This document shows positions 22,643-35,012 of a DNA stretch of 64,000 nucleotides, piece after piece. The position numbers were made by a program, and so were the translations under genes. Source of the DNA: Camelus dromedarius (lineage: Eukaryota); assembly GCF_036321535.1 (NCBI RefSeq), contig NC_087447.1, forward strand, positions 23,250,001 through 23,314,000, in the 5' to 3' direction. Under the pieces are notes generated by a model. That model saw nothing but the letters and a program-made list of their open reading frames with translations. It was not told the origin of the DNA and did not search any database. Each line of letters opens with the position of its first letter. The stretch's first letter is position 1.

Positions 22643-22800
22643 ATTTTATTTATTTATTATTGTATTACTTAATTATTTTATTTTGGTGGTGGTGGGAGGT
22701 AAGTAGGTTTGTTTATTTTTAGAGGCGGTACTGAGGATTAAACCCAGGATCTCCTGCATACTAAGCATGCACTCTACCACTTAAGCTATACCCTCCTCTC
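22643..22800 (-). mobile_element. tRNA-derived SINE (same family as 10144-10246), sense to CD44
   Basis: Reverse complement reads gagaggagggtatagcttaagtggtagagtgcatgcttag...; degenerate TSD tgtagaggatcattt 22620-22634 vs tgtaaaggactattt 22801-22815. Confidence 0.9.
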
Positions 22801-23499
22801 TGTAAAGGACTATTTTTATAACTCTTCTTCTGAAAAAAGAATGCCTAATTATTCTGAAATATAGCCATATCCTCCATCAATGAAAGTTAACAAATGAACA
22901 TATGCTTATAATCTCCAATGGCTATAGACTTTGAATCTTTTCCCATCAAAAGCTCTCAAGTCAAAACACTTTATAATGATTTAGAATTAATAGTCAGGCA
23001 TCTAGGGAGCTTGTTAGAGGCTCAGATGCTGACATAAAGCAACAAGTCAATTCCTGTATTTCACAGTTGAGGTTTTAGACATCCAAACAAGAATCCAGGG
23101 CTGACACTTTCCATCTGTAAATCAGTATTTCCCTCTGGCATTATGATTGGCTGTGCTAATTAGATCAGCAGAAAATAGGAGTAGGCATTTTCTAATAGAC
23201 TTCTTTCAAGAAGACGTGTTCTGAACAAATCTCCTAACTGAAGCCTCTGAGGGAAAAGTAATTCTGATTCTATGTGCATGTTGCCAAATGGAAAACAAGG
23301 AGGACATTTAGGAGAATCCAGTTATATCCTCAGACCCGTGGGCCTCTCATAAATTGGATGGTCCCACACCCTGTTCTCACTAAGGATGATGACAGAGCAT
23401 CAGCAGGAAGCTTTGGCATGAGAACGGATGTCCTCTTCCTTAACACTGAAGGCCTTGGCATTCAGGGCAACACGATGAGCAAAAGATGTAACAGTTTAC

Positions 23500-23616
23500 C
23501 TGTCGTTGCTGTTGTCTGATCCTGAGTCTTAAGCCGTGAGTTACCATACCGGGACCATATCCAATTATTTTGCTCCTGAGCGGCTGCATGACTGTTTGAG
23601 TGCACAGTTGAAGTAA
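23500..23616 (-). CDS. CD44: CD44 variant exon v1, 117 nt, open frame: xTSTVHSNSHAAAQEQNNWIWSRYGNSRLKTQDQTTATT
   Basis: Acceptor ataattgatccag|TTAC, donor ACGACAG|gtaaac; matches the rodent v1 motif HAAAQ-QNNWIWS as recalled; no stop in the coding frame. Confidence 0.9.
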
Positions 23617-24977
23617 CTGGATCAATTATAAAAATATCATTTAGTGAGGTCTTTCTATAAAACCTTTATCTCAGCTCCATCTATGTATAATGTACATATA
23701 TATCATAGAATGAAGATCGGACAAGAAAGATGGAGGCCTGGTTTTATCTCTGCAGTCTCCGAAAGCCTCTTAGAATCTTAGGACATCAGAAATGCGAATT
23801 CTGTATGGGTATCAGTTCAGTACTACTCATTCTTCCAACTGAGCCTCTTGGATACAGGCTCAGAGCAAAATCAAATAGCAACTTAAGAACCAATTATGGA
23901 AAAGAGATTTTCTATCTACTTGATAGGGTGACCCAGGCATGAGCTGAAATTAGCATCTCATAAAGTTGCTTTTCATTCATTTATTTTCGGAGTATCTTTA
24001 GAAGTGCTTGCTTGTATCTTTTGGGTCTGTCTAGCATTTTACTTAGGTAGCCTGTGATGACAACTAGCATTTCAAAGTTCCACCCACACTCGTTAATCTC
24101 AAGTTAAGCTTCATTCTCGAGCGGGAACTTTGCAAAGGGTGTGTGTTCAAAGTGTTGAAATCAGATAACGCTTCCTCAAGTATTCATCCATCACTTCCCG
24201 TCACTTTTAATTCTAATTCAGAGTGTGTTTCCAGAAAGGAAACAAAACTGCCCAAGCTTGAAAAATTCTGGACTCTATTCAAATTAGAGAAAAGATAACC
24301 AGTGCTATTTTGCAATCTGAAATCTCCCACTTGACTCTCAAGTTGGACTTGAGTCCAGAATGTTTCCCTGTAGCAGCAGAATGGCAAAGATCATCAGGAT
24401 AAACATCTAAACCAGTTGAGATTTTTAAAAGCCATTTAAAATCATACGCCGCTTTGAAAATCTGATCTAAGTTATGGCTTCTCTCCTCAAAAAACAGATC
24501 CTACACATATGCAGTTTCAAAGTTTTGCATATTATTTCAGGTGACCTTTGAATGCCTCATGGCCAATCGAGTCAACTGGAAGTCCATGAACTCCAGGTTA
24601 AAAGCTTTGATTCTAAACACATCCAGTGTTAACTGCCCACACAATATGTTCTGTGCTACAAAGGACACATTTACACAGGATGAACTAGACAGACAGGAGC
24701 CAATTTCACCAATCACGCCCCCAGTTAAACCTGGGCAACCCCCTGGAAAATCTGCAGAGAGCTCATTCTTCCCTCAGAAACGTTATGAAAGATGCAGAAC
24801 TGTGGCCTTCCTCACCCTATAGTACATCAGGTAGAGACCAACAGGAAGGAAACATACAAGAGTGAGTTGTATGAGATTTGTATGAGATTTGGGGAAAAAG
24901 AAAAAAAAATTAAAGCTACTGCCTAAGCAGCACAGTTTTCAATTTTCTCCACCCAAGTGGACCATGCCAGACCAAAA

Positions 24978-25094
24978 AATATATATATACACACACATAT
25001 ATACACAAATATATTATATAAAATATATATTACATAATTATTATAATAAATGTATACAATATATATTTTAAATATATATTTAAAAAATATATAA
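24978..25094. repeat. AT-rich low-complexity (TA)n-like tract
   Basis: Almost only A/T with TA and CA dinucleotide runs. Confidence 0.85.
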
Positions 25095-27642
25095 CCCAGA
25101 AGACAAGGAAATAGAGCTTTCCAAATAGGAGTCTGCTTCTTGAATTCGTTTAAGTTACTGGATTCCAAAGGATTCCAGATCAACAACAGAGAAGAGGCTG
25201 ACGACAGAACTCTAGGAAGACTTTTCCAAAAACATTTATAATAAAAAGCCTGCTGGAAGTCAAAACCTACCCAGATGGTGGTTCTTACTGGCTCTCCCTA
25301 CTGCCACCCACTAAGGACGCTTAAGGATGGAATGAGCTGCACAAGCCCAAGATGCACTTCTCTGTACTGAGCCAGCCCTCCTTGACCTCTGCCCCCCTGC
25401 CTGCATCAAGAAGGATTTGCAATCACTCCCTCTCACTGAGTCCCACCTCTCAGTCCAACAGTCACGAGGCTTGAGGACTCTCCTTACTGGATTTGGTAAA
25501 TACGGTCTATTCAGGAACTTACTAGCACTAACTGTTTTGAGTACACCGTATGCTGCAGTCAAGTTTCTACCCGATCGTTTTCTTTGACAGTTTTCTTTGC
25601 ATGAGTTGACTTATTTGGAGCCACCACTGGCCTTCCTGGCCCCTACAGCACATCCCTGACTCTCAGGTTGGCCCTGTTCTCACTCTGCTGGACATCATGA
25701 GTCTCTTTCTAAACCACTAAAAGAAACTTAGCTAAGTGCTCTGGAAAGAGGAAAGCATAATTCTTTTCTCAACTCAAATCCTGAACTGCTTTAGTTAAGA
25801 AAACACACTTAACTAAATCATTCCCTTGATTTCTGAATGGTACACAGGCTCCATGAAGACACGTCCAGCTCTGAGTCCCCAGTAACTACAGCAATGCCTG
25901 GCACAAAGGAGACCTCAAATACTAGCAGAATGAATGGCTAGAGCTTGCTAGGCCTTCCTTCTCATCAATATTACTTCCTAATAGTGTTTACCGTTGGATC
26001 CCAAGCACGAGAATAGCTTGGTACATAGTAGGTCTCCAAAATATGTTTGCTGACTAATTTAGGCAGGAAAGGTGCAGTCCTTAAAAGATGTGCTAGGAAT
26101 GTTTATAAAATGTCCTCATTGCCTTTTCTAAAGCACATGTGAAATACTCTTCTACACAGGCTATTAGCAGCTTGACTGCTAATTTCTTCTGGCTCCCATG
26201 AGATATATTTTGGCCCGATTTTCTTCTTTGGTGGGAAATGGGACTTGAGGATAGACCCGATCTGCTTCCCGCTGAGAGCACTAACAGTTGTGTTGGCCAA
26301 CATCTGACAAAACTGCATGCCCTGGTGATAACCACCTTCAACGTGGCTACTTTACAAAGGCGGGGAACTCAGGAAGCGGCAGGGAAGGCTTCTCTCAAGA
26401 AGGATCGTCTGTGTGATTATAGACAACACAGTGACACCCTCTCCAGAGAGCCAATAGTCTGGGAAATCATGGGCAATTTGAAAACATCTGCTTTTGAAAT
26501 GTTTCACAGAATCTGCCGGGGATGACCAGAACCCAATCCTATCTGTACCACCCCCTCAGTAAGATGCTAACAGAAATTTAGAACACCACTGAGAAAGTAA
26601 CCTTACATTACATCACAGTGTTCTGGAGACTGCCCTGGCTTCTGGGCGATGAGGAAGAGAAAAGGGCCCCGTCTTGAGCATTTGCAAAACCAGGACATTT
26701 CTGCCACACTCTTTGGAGCTCAGAGTTCGTTCCACCCCTCAAGAGTTGTAGCCAGGAAAAGAGAAAATCCACACCATACTAGGAAAATTGCCCAGGAGGC
26801 AGATGTCCTGTTTGAGTTCGAATAATCCTCCACAGGAGGAACGCAGCCAATCTGGAAACCTGTTCTAAAACAAACCATAGGGAAAAAGCAAAGAGGGAAG
26901 CAAAAACGGAGACAAGAGGAAGATGTCAACACTTTCCAATGAAAGTGAAGCACCAGGGGCCAAACCCCAAGAAATCCAGTGCAATGTTTACATATCTCTG
27001 CTCCAGCGGCCCCAAAGTCATGAATTAGCCACGTAACCAAGCAAGTATTAAGAGCCTTCCCCTATCGGCTGGGATATAAAACTCTTAAAAAGGTTTAATT
27101 TGATCAGGTAACTCCTTCAGATACACTTTCTCAGACCAAAAACAAAAGAATTTTTAGTCAATCATGGATGGTGACTATGACTAATAATAATTAAGGACAC
27201 AATTAAGAACATGAATATAAATCAGGTTAGAACATCAAAATATAAAATGAAGCTGAAGAAAGTAGCAGATGGATGGTATGCGTACACTACCATCCCAATT
27301 TACAAAAACAATCTTATCCATAGGTGGGTAAAAACAAGAAGGAAACACGCGAAAATGCGAATAGCTTCCGCACCAGGCTTGAACCGTCACATCTCATCAA
27401 CAAAGGATGTTCTTCTAAAAAACTTCCAATAAGGTATTTCTCGTAGATGAAAAAAAAAATTGTAGGCAGTAGGAGTCAACGCATACAGCGCACTGACACC
27501 CACAGTAGCCCGCCCCCCTCCCCAAATGAGGTCACCACCTTCTATCACAATCAACACACGAGTGCCTAGCACTCGGGGAAGATCAGAGATGTTTTTTGCA
27601 AACTCATTGCTATTGGAAAGCACAGTGATTCATTCTCCTTAC

Positions 27643-27873
27643 TGGTAGCAGCGGTGTTCTCCGGGTTGCTAGAGACCGGGGGACTGCCTTGGTCTTGGGT
27701 CGGGTGTGCAGTTGGAAGGTGAGTGTGGAAGATACTGTAACCCCCGGAAGTGCTTCTTTCGCTGGAGCCACTGCTCACGTCATCGTCGAGCGTGTTGCTG
27801 GGGTTGATGTCCTCGGGGTTCCTTCTGTATTCCCCTTTCTGGCTGTAGCGGGTGCCGTCACGGTTAACGATGG
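27643..27873 (-). CDS. CD44: CD44 constant exon 5, 231 nt: [77 protein letters not shown]
   Basis: Acceptor ctgtctcccag|CCATC, donor GCTACCA|gtaagg; NRDGTRY--KGEYR motif. Confidence 0.98.
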
Positions 27874-28094
27874 CTGGGAGACAGAGAAGGCACTTTCAGA
27901 ACCTGCCTGCTGACGTGTCCTGACTATAGGAAAGACTGTGGTTACCATATGAGACAGTGACTTCAAAGTCACTTTCCTTTTTTATTGAGCAAAACAACAC
28001 AGAGTGGCCGATGCACTAAGGAAATGAACCCTCCCCTACTCACCCTCACACCCTGGAAATGGGGAGAAGGAAGCAGGTGTGCTTGGGAGTCCCC

Positions 28095-28270
28095 ATGTTT
28101 GAATCCCAGCTTTGTGTGGCTCTAGGCAAGGCAGGTAACCGAGCTTCAGTTTCATCACGTGTAAAATGGGATAACACCACCTTCTGTCGTGAGCACTACA
28201 GGAGACGTTGTATGGAAAGTGCTTAACATTGTATCCAAAATACAGTTAGTGCTCAATAAGTGATCATTCT
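28095..28270 (+). mobile_element. MIR SINE
   Basis: gtttgaatcccagc...gagcttcagtttcatcacgtgtaaaatgggataac...gtgctcaataag. Confidence 0.75.
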
Positions 28271-28392
28271 TCCTCCTGGTTCCCACCCTCCCTTCTTAAG
28301 TCCATGTGATATTTGTTGCTATTAATTCCACCTATTTGAAAAAGGATTTAAACTAGGAGACAAAGAGGCCAGCAGTCTTTGCAGGGATCAAC

Positions 28393-28695
28393 CAGGCGTT
28401 ACTGGTTTATCTGTGCTTCGTTTTATTGGGCTTTGCAGATACTGTGTTTTTCATGAATTGAAGATTTGTGGCAACTCTTGTGCTGTCAGATGATGGTTAG
28501 CATTTTTTAGCAATAAAGTATTTTTAATTAAGGCATGTATATTTTTAAAACACACTACTGTTGAACACTTGGACTACAGCAGAGTGTAAAAGTAAGCTCT
28601 ATGTGCACTGGGAAAACAAACAAAATCTTTATCACAGTATTCACTTTATTGCGGTGGTCTGAAACCAAACCCACAGTGTCTCCGATGTATGCTTG
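28393..28695. mobile_element. Internally deleted Tigger1-family DNA transposon
   Basis: Both Tigger1-like ends are present (caggcgttactggtttat...tttgcagatactg; ctttattgcggtggtctgaaacc...ctccgatgtatgcttg), right end followed by TA. Confidence 0.85.
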
Positions 28696-29214
28696 TACAT
28701 TTACAAAGCCACAAAGAATTAGATTTTCTTTCTAAGGTGCCAGTTTTGTCAGTTTAAGTGAACTCCTACTGCCGGCTGAGAAATCAGCATGCTTAAATAT
28801 TGGCAGACCCTCTGCTACCTTCTGTGAAATTCAACTTGAAATTAAGAAGCACAGATGGACATAAAGATCAAGATCTTTGGTTTAAACAAAGAAATGACTA
28901 GAATGACAGGAGGAAGAAAAGCAGGAAGTCGTTCACTGTTCCCCTCTTAAAGTGTCTGCTGCCTTCAAGTGTGGGTCCCTCAATGCACAAATGTGTATTT
29001 AGCTGAAATGATTTTCTGCTACATTGCGCTGGTAGGGCTAAAGATTATTTTTGTCCACTTATCTTGGTTGCCCAAGTGGAACTGTTAATAAAACATGTAT
29101 TAAAAATGTCCCAGAGTCTCAATCACCCTGATAATCTCTGCAGATGAAGATCTGATAAGGAAACAGGACCAAACTTGAACAGGTCTGGACTTTGATGAAG
29201 ATCTATAGGGATCG

Positions 29215-29420
29215 AGAAAATGGGGCACTTATTGAGCATCTGCCATGGGCCAGGCAGACATCAGACACATTGTCTTTCTTAATTTTCATGACAAGCCTCA
29301 TTTGTTGTTCCATTAGCCAGATGAGAAAACTGAGGCTAGGAAAGAGTAAGTCATCCCTCTAAGATCAGCCAGATGGTAAAAAACTAGGATTTCAAACCAG
29401 CCTGATGTAGCCAGAACATC
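29215..29420 (-). mobile_element. MIR SINE
   Basis: cacttattgagcatctgcc...ccagatgagaaaactgaggct...ggatttcaaaccag. Confidence 0.7.
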
Positions 29421-30363
29421 TCACACTGCAAGCCTCCTCTTCCTTTTGCAAAGTATGGGTCAGGGGCAATCCCTTATGTAATAGTGGAGGTGGGGAGGAG
29501 GGGCTGGATTTCTGTGGTCCAGAAAGATTCTAGTCCCCCTGCCGCCACCACCACTGTCCCTATGCACACCGAGGGGTCTGGCTCTTAGGAGGCAGAAATC
29601 CAGTCTCCTCATCACTGTGATGCTTCTCAAAAAATGAGGCTCAGAGGCAATCAGATCAGGGTTAATAGAGTGACCTATTCAAAAGTTCTGGCTGAAATAT
29701 TCTGTTTGCTGAAGTGCCAAATGCCTACTTCTGGGGATAATCAAGATGATTTTTAGGTTGACATGGTGTAAATAATGTTGAAACAAGTATCAGGAAGGTT
29801 GTACACTTTATTATCATTTCTCAATAATCCAGTTAAATCAAACAGAAACTCTGTGTGGAATGCCCCTTACCCCTAAAACTTATTAATCCCCCTTCTCTGA
29901 GAGAAAGCCTAGAGTTCAGACTCAGAGCTTTTAGCAGCTAGAATTTAAGAACATTATTGAATTTTTCCTATGTTTAAATTAGGTTACCTTCTATTTATGA
30001 TCAGGATGTTGGTTTTCCATTTGCAGTTTTTTAAAAATGTATTTTAAGTAGAAAAGAATGGGTCAATTAAATGAAAAATACCAAGTAAATGACAGTGCCA
30101 TGTCCACAGAGATGCAAAAAAAAAAAAAAAAAAAAAAAGTGCAAGCTTTCAAATGACCAAAGTTTGAGGAACAAAGAATTGGGGTAAACCAGATAGCAGT
30201 TTCAAGTCACTGAAGGAAAAGGGGAAGGGATGGTAAATCATAGTCAGTGTCCCTAGTTGTAGGGAAATGAGTGCTATTCTGTTCAAATATAAAAGACAGG
30301 AAATGCACCTGATCCTTTGCCCAAGAACAGGGAAACTTATTCAAGGTTAGAAGAGGTACGTAC

Positions 30364-30432
30364 TGATGGTAACTTGTCCTTCAAAGGCACTGGGCAGCTC
30401 TGTGACTGACGTACAATCTTCTCCAGGTGGAG
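30364..30432 (-). CDS. CD44: CD44 constant exon 4, 69 nt: [23 protein letters not shown]
   Basis: Acceptor tctacctctag|CTCC, donor CCATCA|gtacgt; EDCTSVT with conserved Cys. Confidence 0.98.
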
Positions 30433-31472
30433 CTAGAGGTAGACAAGAAAAAAAGGCATGAGAACACTAAAAATATGAGCATAATTAATGTCCATTTCTA
30501 TTATGACAAGTTTCTGAAACTTGATTAAGTCTCTTAAGAAATTCTCTGAATTTTGTGATGCATTTTTCCACTTTTATTTCACTTTGTACACTTTTGGAAG
30601 CTTATCTGTTCCTCTTCCCAAGCCAACAAATCCATTCATTAACCAATGTATATATTCCACACGAGGGGCTGTGGAAGGCTGGGACGGAATGATAATAAGA
30701 CAGACATGGTCCTTCTCTAATGAGGCGTATGTTAGGAGTTATCTTTTAAAAATTTGTTATTATAAACGTCATGTTGAAATAAAGAAGTGTATGAACTATA
30801 ATGAGGAAATCATGTGTAATCCCAATAATATATAGAAATGATGGGACAACATGGCCAACAAATGTAATCAAATGCTTATCAACATGAACAGCATGAGAAT
30901 CTGAAGATTAAAATAATCAACAAAGAATTTAGGGGTAGCAGTATTTTTCAAAAACCAACCTTTAGTCTTTTTATTAATGCATTAAATAATTTATTTAACT
31001 AAAATCCTTAAGTGCCTACTCTGTAGACTGCTTCTCACCAAGTAGTTTCTGAGGTTGTCCACCTTTGGTCTAGGTGTTCACATCATTTCCGGGGACCACT
31101 GCTTTGGCATATCTCACCATGGGCACCTCTGGCTTCTTTGTTTTTTGTCCTCTTCTACTTTCCCTCTTCTTTGGGAATAAAAATTTCTGACTGTACGCTG
31201 GGCCTGCCTGACTACCCACAAATGTTACGAGCAGTGATTTGAGAAGCACTGTCTAAGGCCCTCTGAAAGCAGACCTGAAGGTTCCACCCTGCCTGCCCTC
31301 CCTTGAGTCCTAAAGGAAGCCTGTAGGATGCTTTAACCAATCATTCCATTCATGCCCAAATGCTCTAGTCCGTAACTGGACCTTGTGTTGAGTACTACAA
31401 ACTCAGAGCGCTTTGAACTGGCTTTGCAGTTATAAAAAGGTTGGATTCATTTGTGTATGACGGCTGTTATAC

Positions 31473-31630
31473 TGTGTGTGTGTATGTGTGTGTGTGTGCT
31501 TTAATGTAAAATGGAAACATCTGTTAGGCTGATTTCTTCTAGAGTTGCTTCTTGGCAAAGAGGAAGGAACAAAAAGGGATGGGTGGACAGATGGATGGAT
31601 GGATGGATGGATGGATAGGTGAATGGATAG
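31473..31630. repeat. (TG)n and (GGAT)n microsatellites
   Basis: tgtgtgtgtg run at about 31473-31498; gatggatggatgg run at about 31590-31628. Confidence 0.85.
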
Positions 31631-31959
31631 AGGGAGGCGGGCAGGCAGATTGCTGTCACAAGGAAGTCTGTCATCATAAGTATTTTAAAGGTCCTGCATA
31701 AATCGCTGGGTACTCATGACATTGGACAAAAACACAATTTGAACAAAACAGGGTTTGATCGCTTTCCAGTTCCTAAGAGCATCTTTTCCCACAGATACAA
31801 GGGATGTCCTTTACCTGCTTATCCTTTTGTCTCACGGTAAAAGTAATCAGCAGCTTTATATATTCAACTGGAGAAAAGCAGGTTTTAGAAATAGCCATTC
31901 TTGCATGGGCTGATTAAAAGATTTTTCAGAAGAGAGATTCTTCAAAGAGAAAGTCACCT

Positions 31960-32250
31960 CCTTGGAAAGACCATTCCTCACCATCCAATCCAAAAGAGCC
32001 CCTCGCATCTCCCCAACACCCATCACCATTACATACTTGTTCTCATTTATTCTTCTTCGGGCTTACCTTTACCTGAAATTATCTTGTTCATTTTACGTGA
32101 CAGCACATCTCCCATCCCCTTCCTCCTGCTACCCACCCATCTCCATAGAAATACGTAAGCTCCCCAAGATTAGTAGTAACTGTATCTGTCTTAGCTGGAA
32201 CATGTATGTGTGATGGGGACAGAGAGGCACTCAAATATTCGCTGAATGAA
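31960..32250 (+). mobile_element. L2 LINE 3' fragment
   Basis: Ends in ...gcactcaaatattcgctgaatgaa, a typical L2 tail. Confidence 0.6.
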
Positions 32251-34956
32251 CAACAAAGAAAAAAAGTACCAATGTAATTTCCCAAAAGTCCATCCTTCCA
32301 GTAAACGTACCTGAGATGTTAACCCCCAAAATGGTCTGCAACTATAAACAGGTCAAGAAACATTCAGATAAACCCTGAATGGCAATGCCATAAAAAATAA
32401 GTTTCAGATCCATCCGTTCCTTTATTCATATCAAGCATTTACTCAACACATATGAGAGATTACATTACAAACAAGGAGCAAAAGATGAATGTTTCTTGTC
32501 CCTGTTTTGGAAGAATTCACAGGTCATGGGGGACATTTCTTTACATTTTTACAATTTTCAAAAAATTTTCCCAAAGATTCCCTCACTTGAAGATCAGGGC
32601 AAACAGCCAACCTGGGAGGTCTTGAAGAGTATTGACCTGCTCTATTTCGGGGATACCACCCGAAATTAGCCTGACTTGTGAGATGTTTCTGGTACTGTTA
32701 TGCTGCAGAGACCCAGAAACAGGTCTTTGGAACATGACTTCTTAATGGCAGGGATGGAATAACCTCCCCCAAATTCAAATACAACTGCTGGTAACAGCAG
32801 TGCCCTGGGAATTTCCAGGAATGAAGTTGTAATAGAATGAAGCGTGATGTCAAAAACACTGAAAGAGTTTTGCAAATGATTAGAGCATTTGTTCAAATGG
32901 CGCCCCTTCACGCTCCAATTCACCCTAACTTTTATAAAGAACATCAAAGCTGGCAAGCAGACTAAGATGGATGCTGACCCAAATGTGCAATTCATACATT
33001 CATGCTCCCATGTCGGAAAGCAGGGCCTCCCTGGACAGCCTTTCATTCTGTTTAATGAGCACTGCACTGCTGGGACAATCAGGCTTGGTGAGGTTTTCCC
33101 GAAGCTAAAGATTTGTTAGAAAGACTCTGACGTGGGCTTCCTGGTGGGCTGCATCTCAGAGACCTAGCCTCCACCACACCAAAATGGCCAAGAGAAATGT
33201 TAATTACTCAGTCTAGCCAACCACTCAGTGAGAGGTAGAAAGACACCTTCCTCGATGCCTAATGCACTCAAGGTATCCAATACATTGAATAAATGAGCGA
33301 ATGAATAAACAATCTTCCCCTAAATTTCTCCTTCCAAAAAGAATGAGGCATTTTACTGAAAGCACACTTTGACAATGAACTAATTTAGGTCAGTTCTCTG
33401 TGTTAATACAAAAGTCACCAAGCTTGTAATGGACCTGACCACTGAGAGAAGGGGTAATAAAAAATCATGAAGCCTTTTCAGGGTCTGCCTTATTTTCATT
33501 TGTAAACCGCAGGCTGTGTTTTATAAAAATACTGCTGAAGTTGTAAGCTTCTGGGAGCCATCTGCTAAGACGGAGCTGGCTCTGGTAGTGACCAGACGTA
33601 GCCGGTTTGTGGGGGATCCCATCCCAAGGTCCTGACACCTGCTTGGAGGTCTCAGGCTAAGCTGGAGTCAAGGACCTTTCTAATGTGATCCTTCGCAGAG
33701 AGCAGAAAATTATTAGGCTCTGTAGCTCACTTAACACCCCCATCATCCAACTCTAAACCAAGACATTTAGAATTTATTTTTCCTTGGATAAACGTTCTTC
33801 CTCGGCCCTTTATTTTTCCTCTCATTCCTTCAACAACGTGAACTCCCAAGACAAGAAATATGGCCTCTGGTTCCTTCTCACTCCACTCTGCCCAGCACGG
33901 TACTGAGCACATGAAATTGATCAATAAACAATCTTTTTAAAACGTATCAAAATTTGATAAAAGCACTCTAACCATACTGAGTAAATCTGGACAAGAGAAA
34001 AGGAAAACATCACTTCAAACTTCACTGCTTTACTGCAGCTAATCTGGTATGCAACACCCCCGGCCAGGACTTCTCAAGTTTTCAGTGGAACTAACCTCCC
34101 CCAAGAAGAGAGAAGTTAATGAGCACTGCTCACTCTCTTTTCTGAAGATGGGCCCAATCTTATGAGCAAAAATGAGGGCAGGGAGAAAAGTCTCAGCAGT
34201 AACTTGTCTAGATGGCTTCAACTTCAGGCAATAAAACAGTGTGAGCTTCTAACTTTTTGAGTGAAGGTTGTCTCCAGCAAGGGATACCAACTTGTAAAAC
34301 AGGTGAGACAACGAGCATACACAACAAGGTAACCGACTGCACACATTCACTCCAGAAGGTTCAGTGCGGGGAGCAACAGGCAGTGCTCAGAGGCTCTGGA
34401 GAGTCCACAGTCCCCAGCCAGCCCTTCCCACGTGACCAACCCCTTCACCTAAACACAAAGCCTTCCCAAAGGCTTCCTCTGTCCTCTGAGATTAAGATAA
34501 GCTAGCAAGACCACATGATGCTTTGTGTCTATTTCCTGTTTATTTGCACGTGGTTTTTCTCATTATCATGTCATTAGAATGGACATTCTGGTGTGGGTAT
34601 GGAGACTGGGTATCAATCACGTATTGTTAAGCCTCAGGTGGACTCTCCTCCTTTTGCTCAAACTCCATTTGTGTTCTTTACTTATACAGCAGGGAAGAGT
34701 AAACACTCTGCAGTTCTCTCCTCCTTGTTTTGAGTGTCTCTCCACTGGTTCATAATTTGCTAGCACATCACACACTCCATTTCAGCTAACCAGCCCTGAT
34801 ACTCTCTCTTTCTCCTAAACTCTAGATTTCCTTTCTGAATTCCCACTCTGATTCCTACTACTCACGCAATAGTGGGTGGGTGGTATAGCCAAAAGCTACA
34901 GATGTAATCTCGTAATTTCTTTGATGTGTTTATTTAACCTTAAAACTTCATGCAGA

Positions 34957-35012
34957 TTTTTGTAACATTTTTTTATTGAGCTATAGTCATTTTACAATGT
35001 TGTGTCAAATTT
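34957..35012 (-). mobile_element. Extreme 3' end of a young L1 (about 55 bp), sense to CD44
   Basis: Reverse complement aatttgacacaacattgtaaaatgactatagctcaataaaaaaaatgtta matches the end of the 20174-20428 element. Confidence 0.8.

Noticed and set aside
32805-32820. Consensus NF-kB site GGGAATTTCC in intron 3
   Set aside because: Isolated 10-mer with no supporting cluster; function cannot be judged from sequence.
32666-33119. Overlapping 133-aa and 76-aa ORFs in intron 3
   Set aside because: No family similarity, no processed-pseudogene hallmarks (poly(A), TSD), random-like composition.
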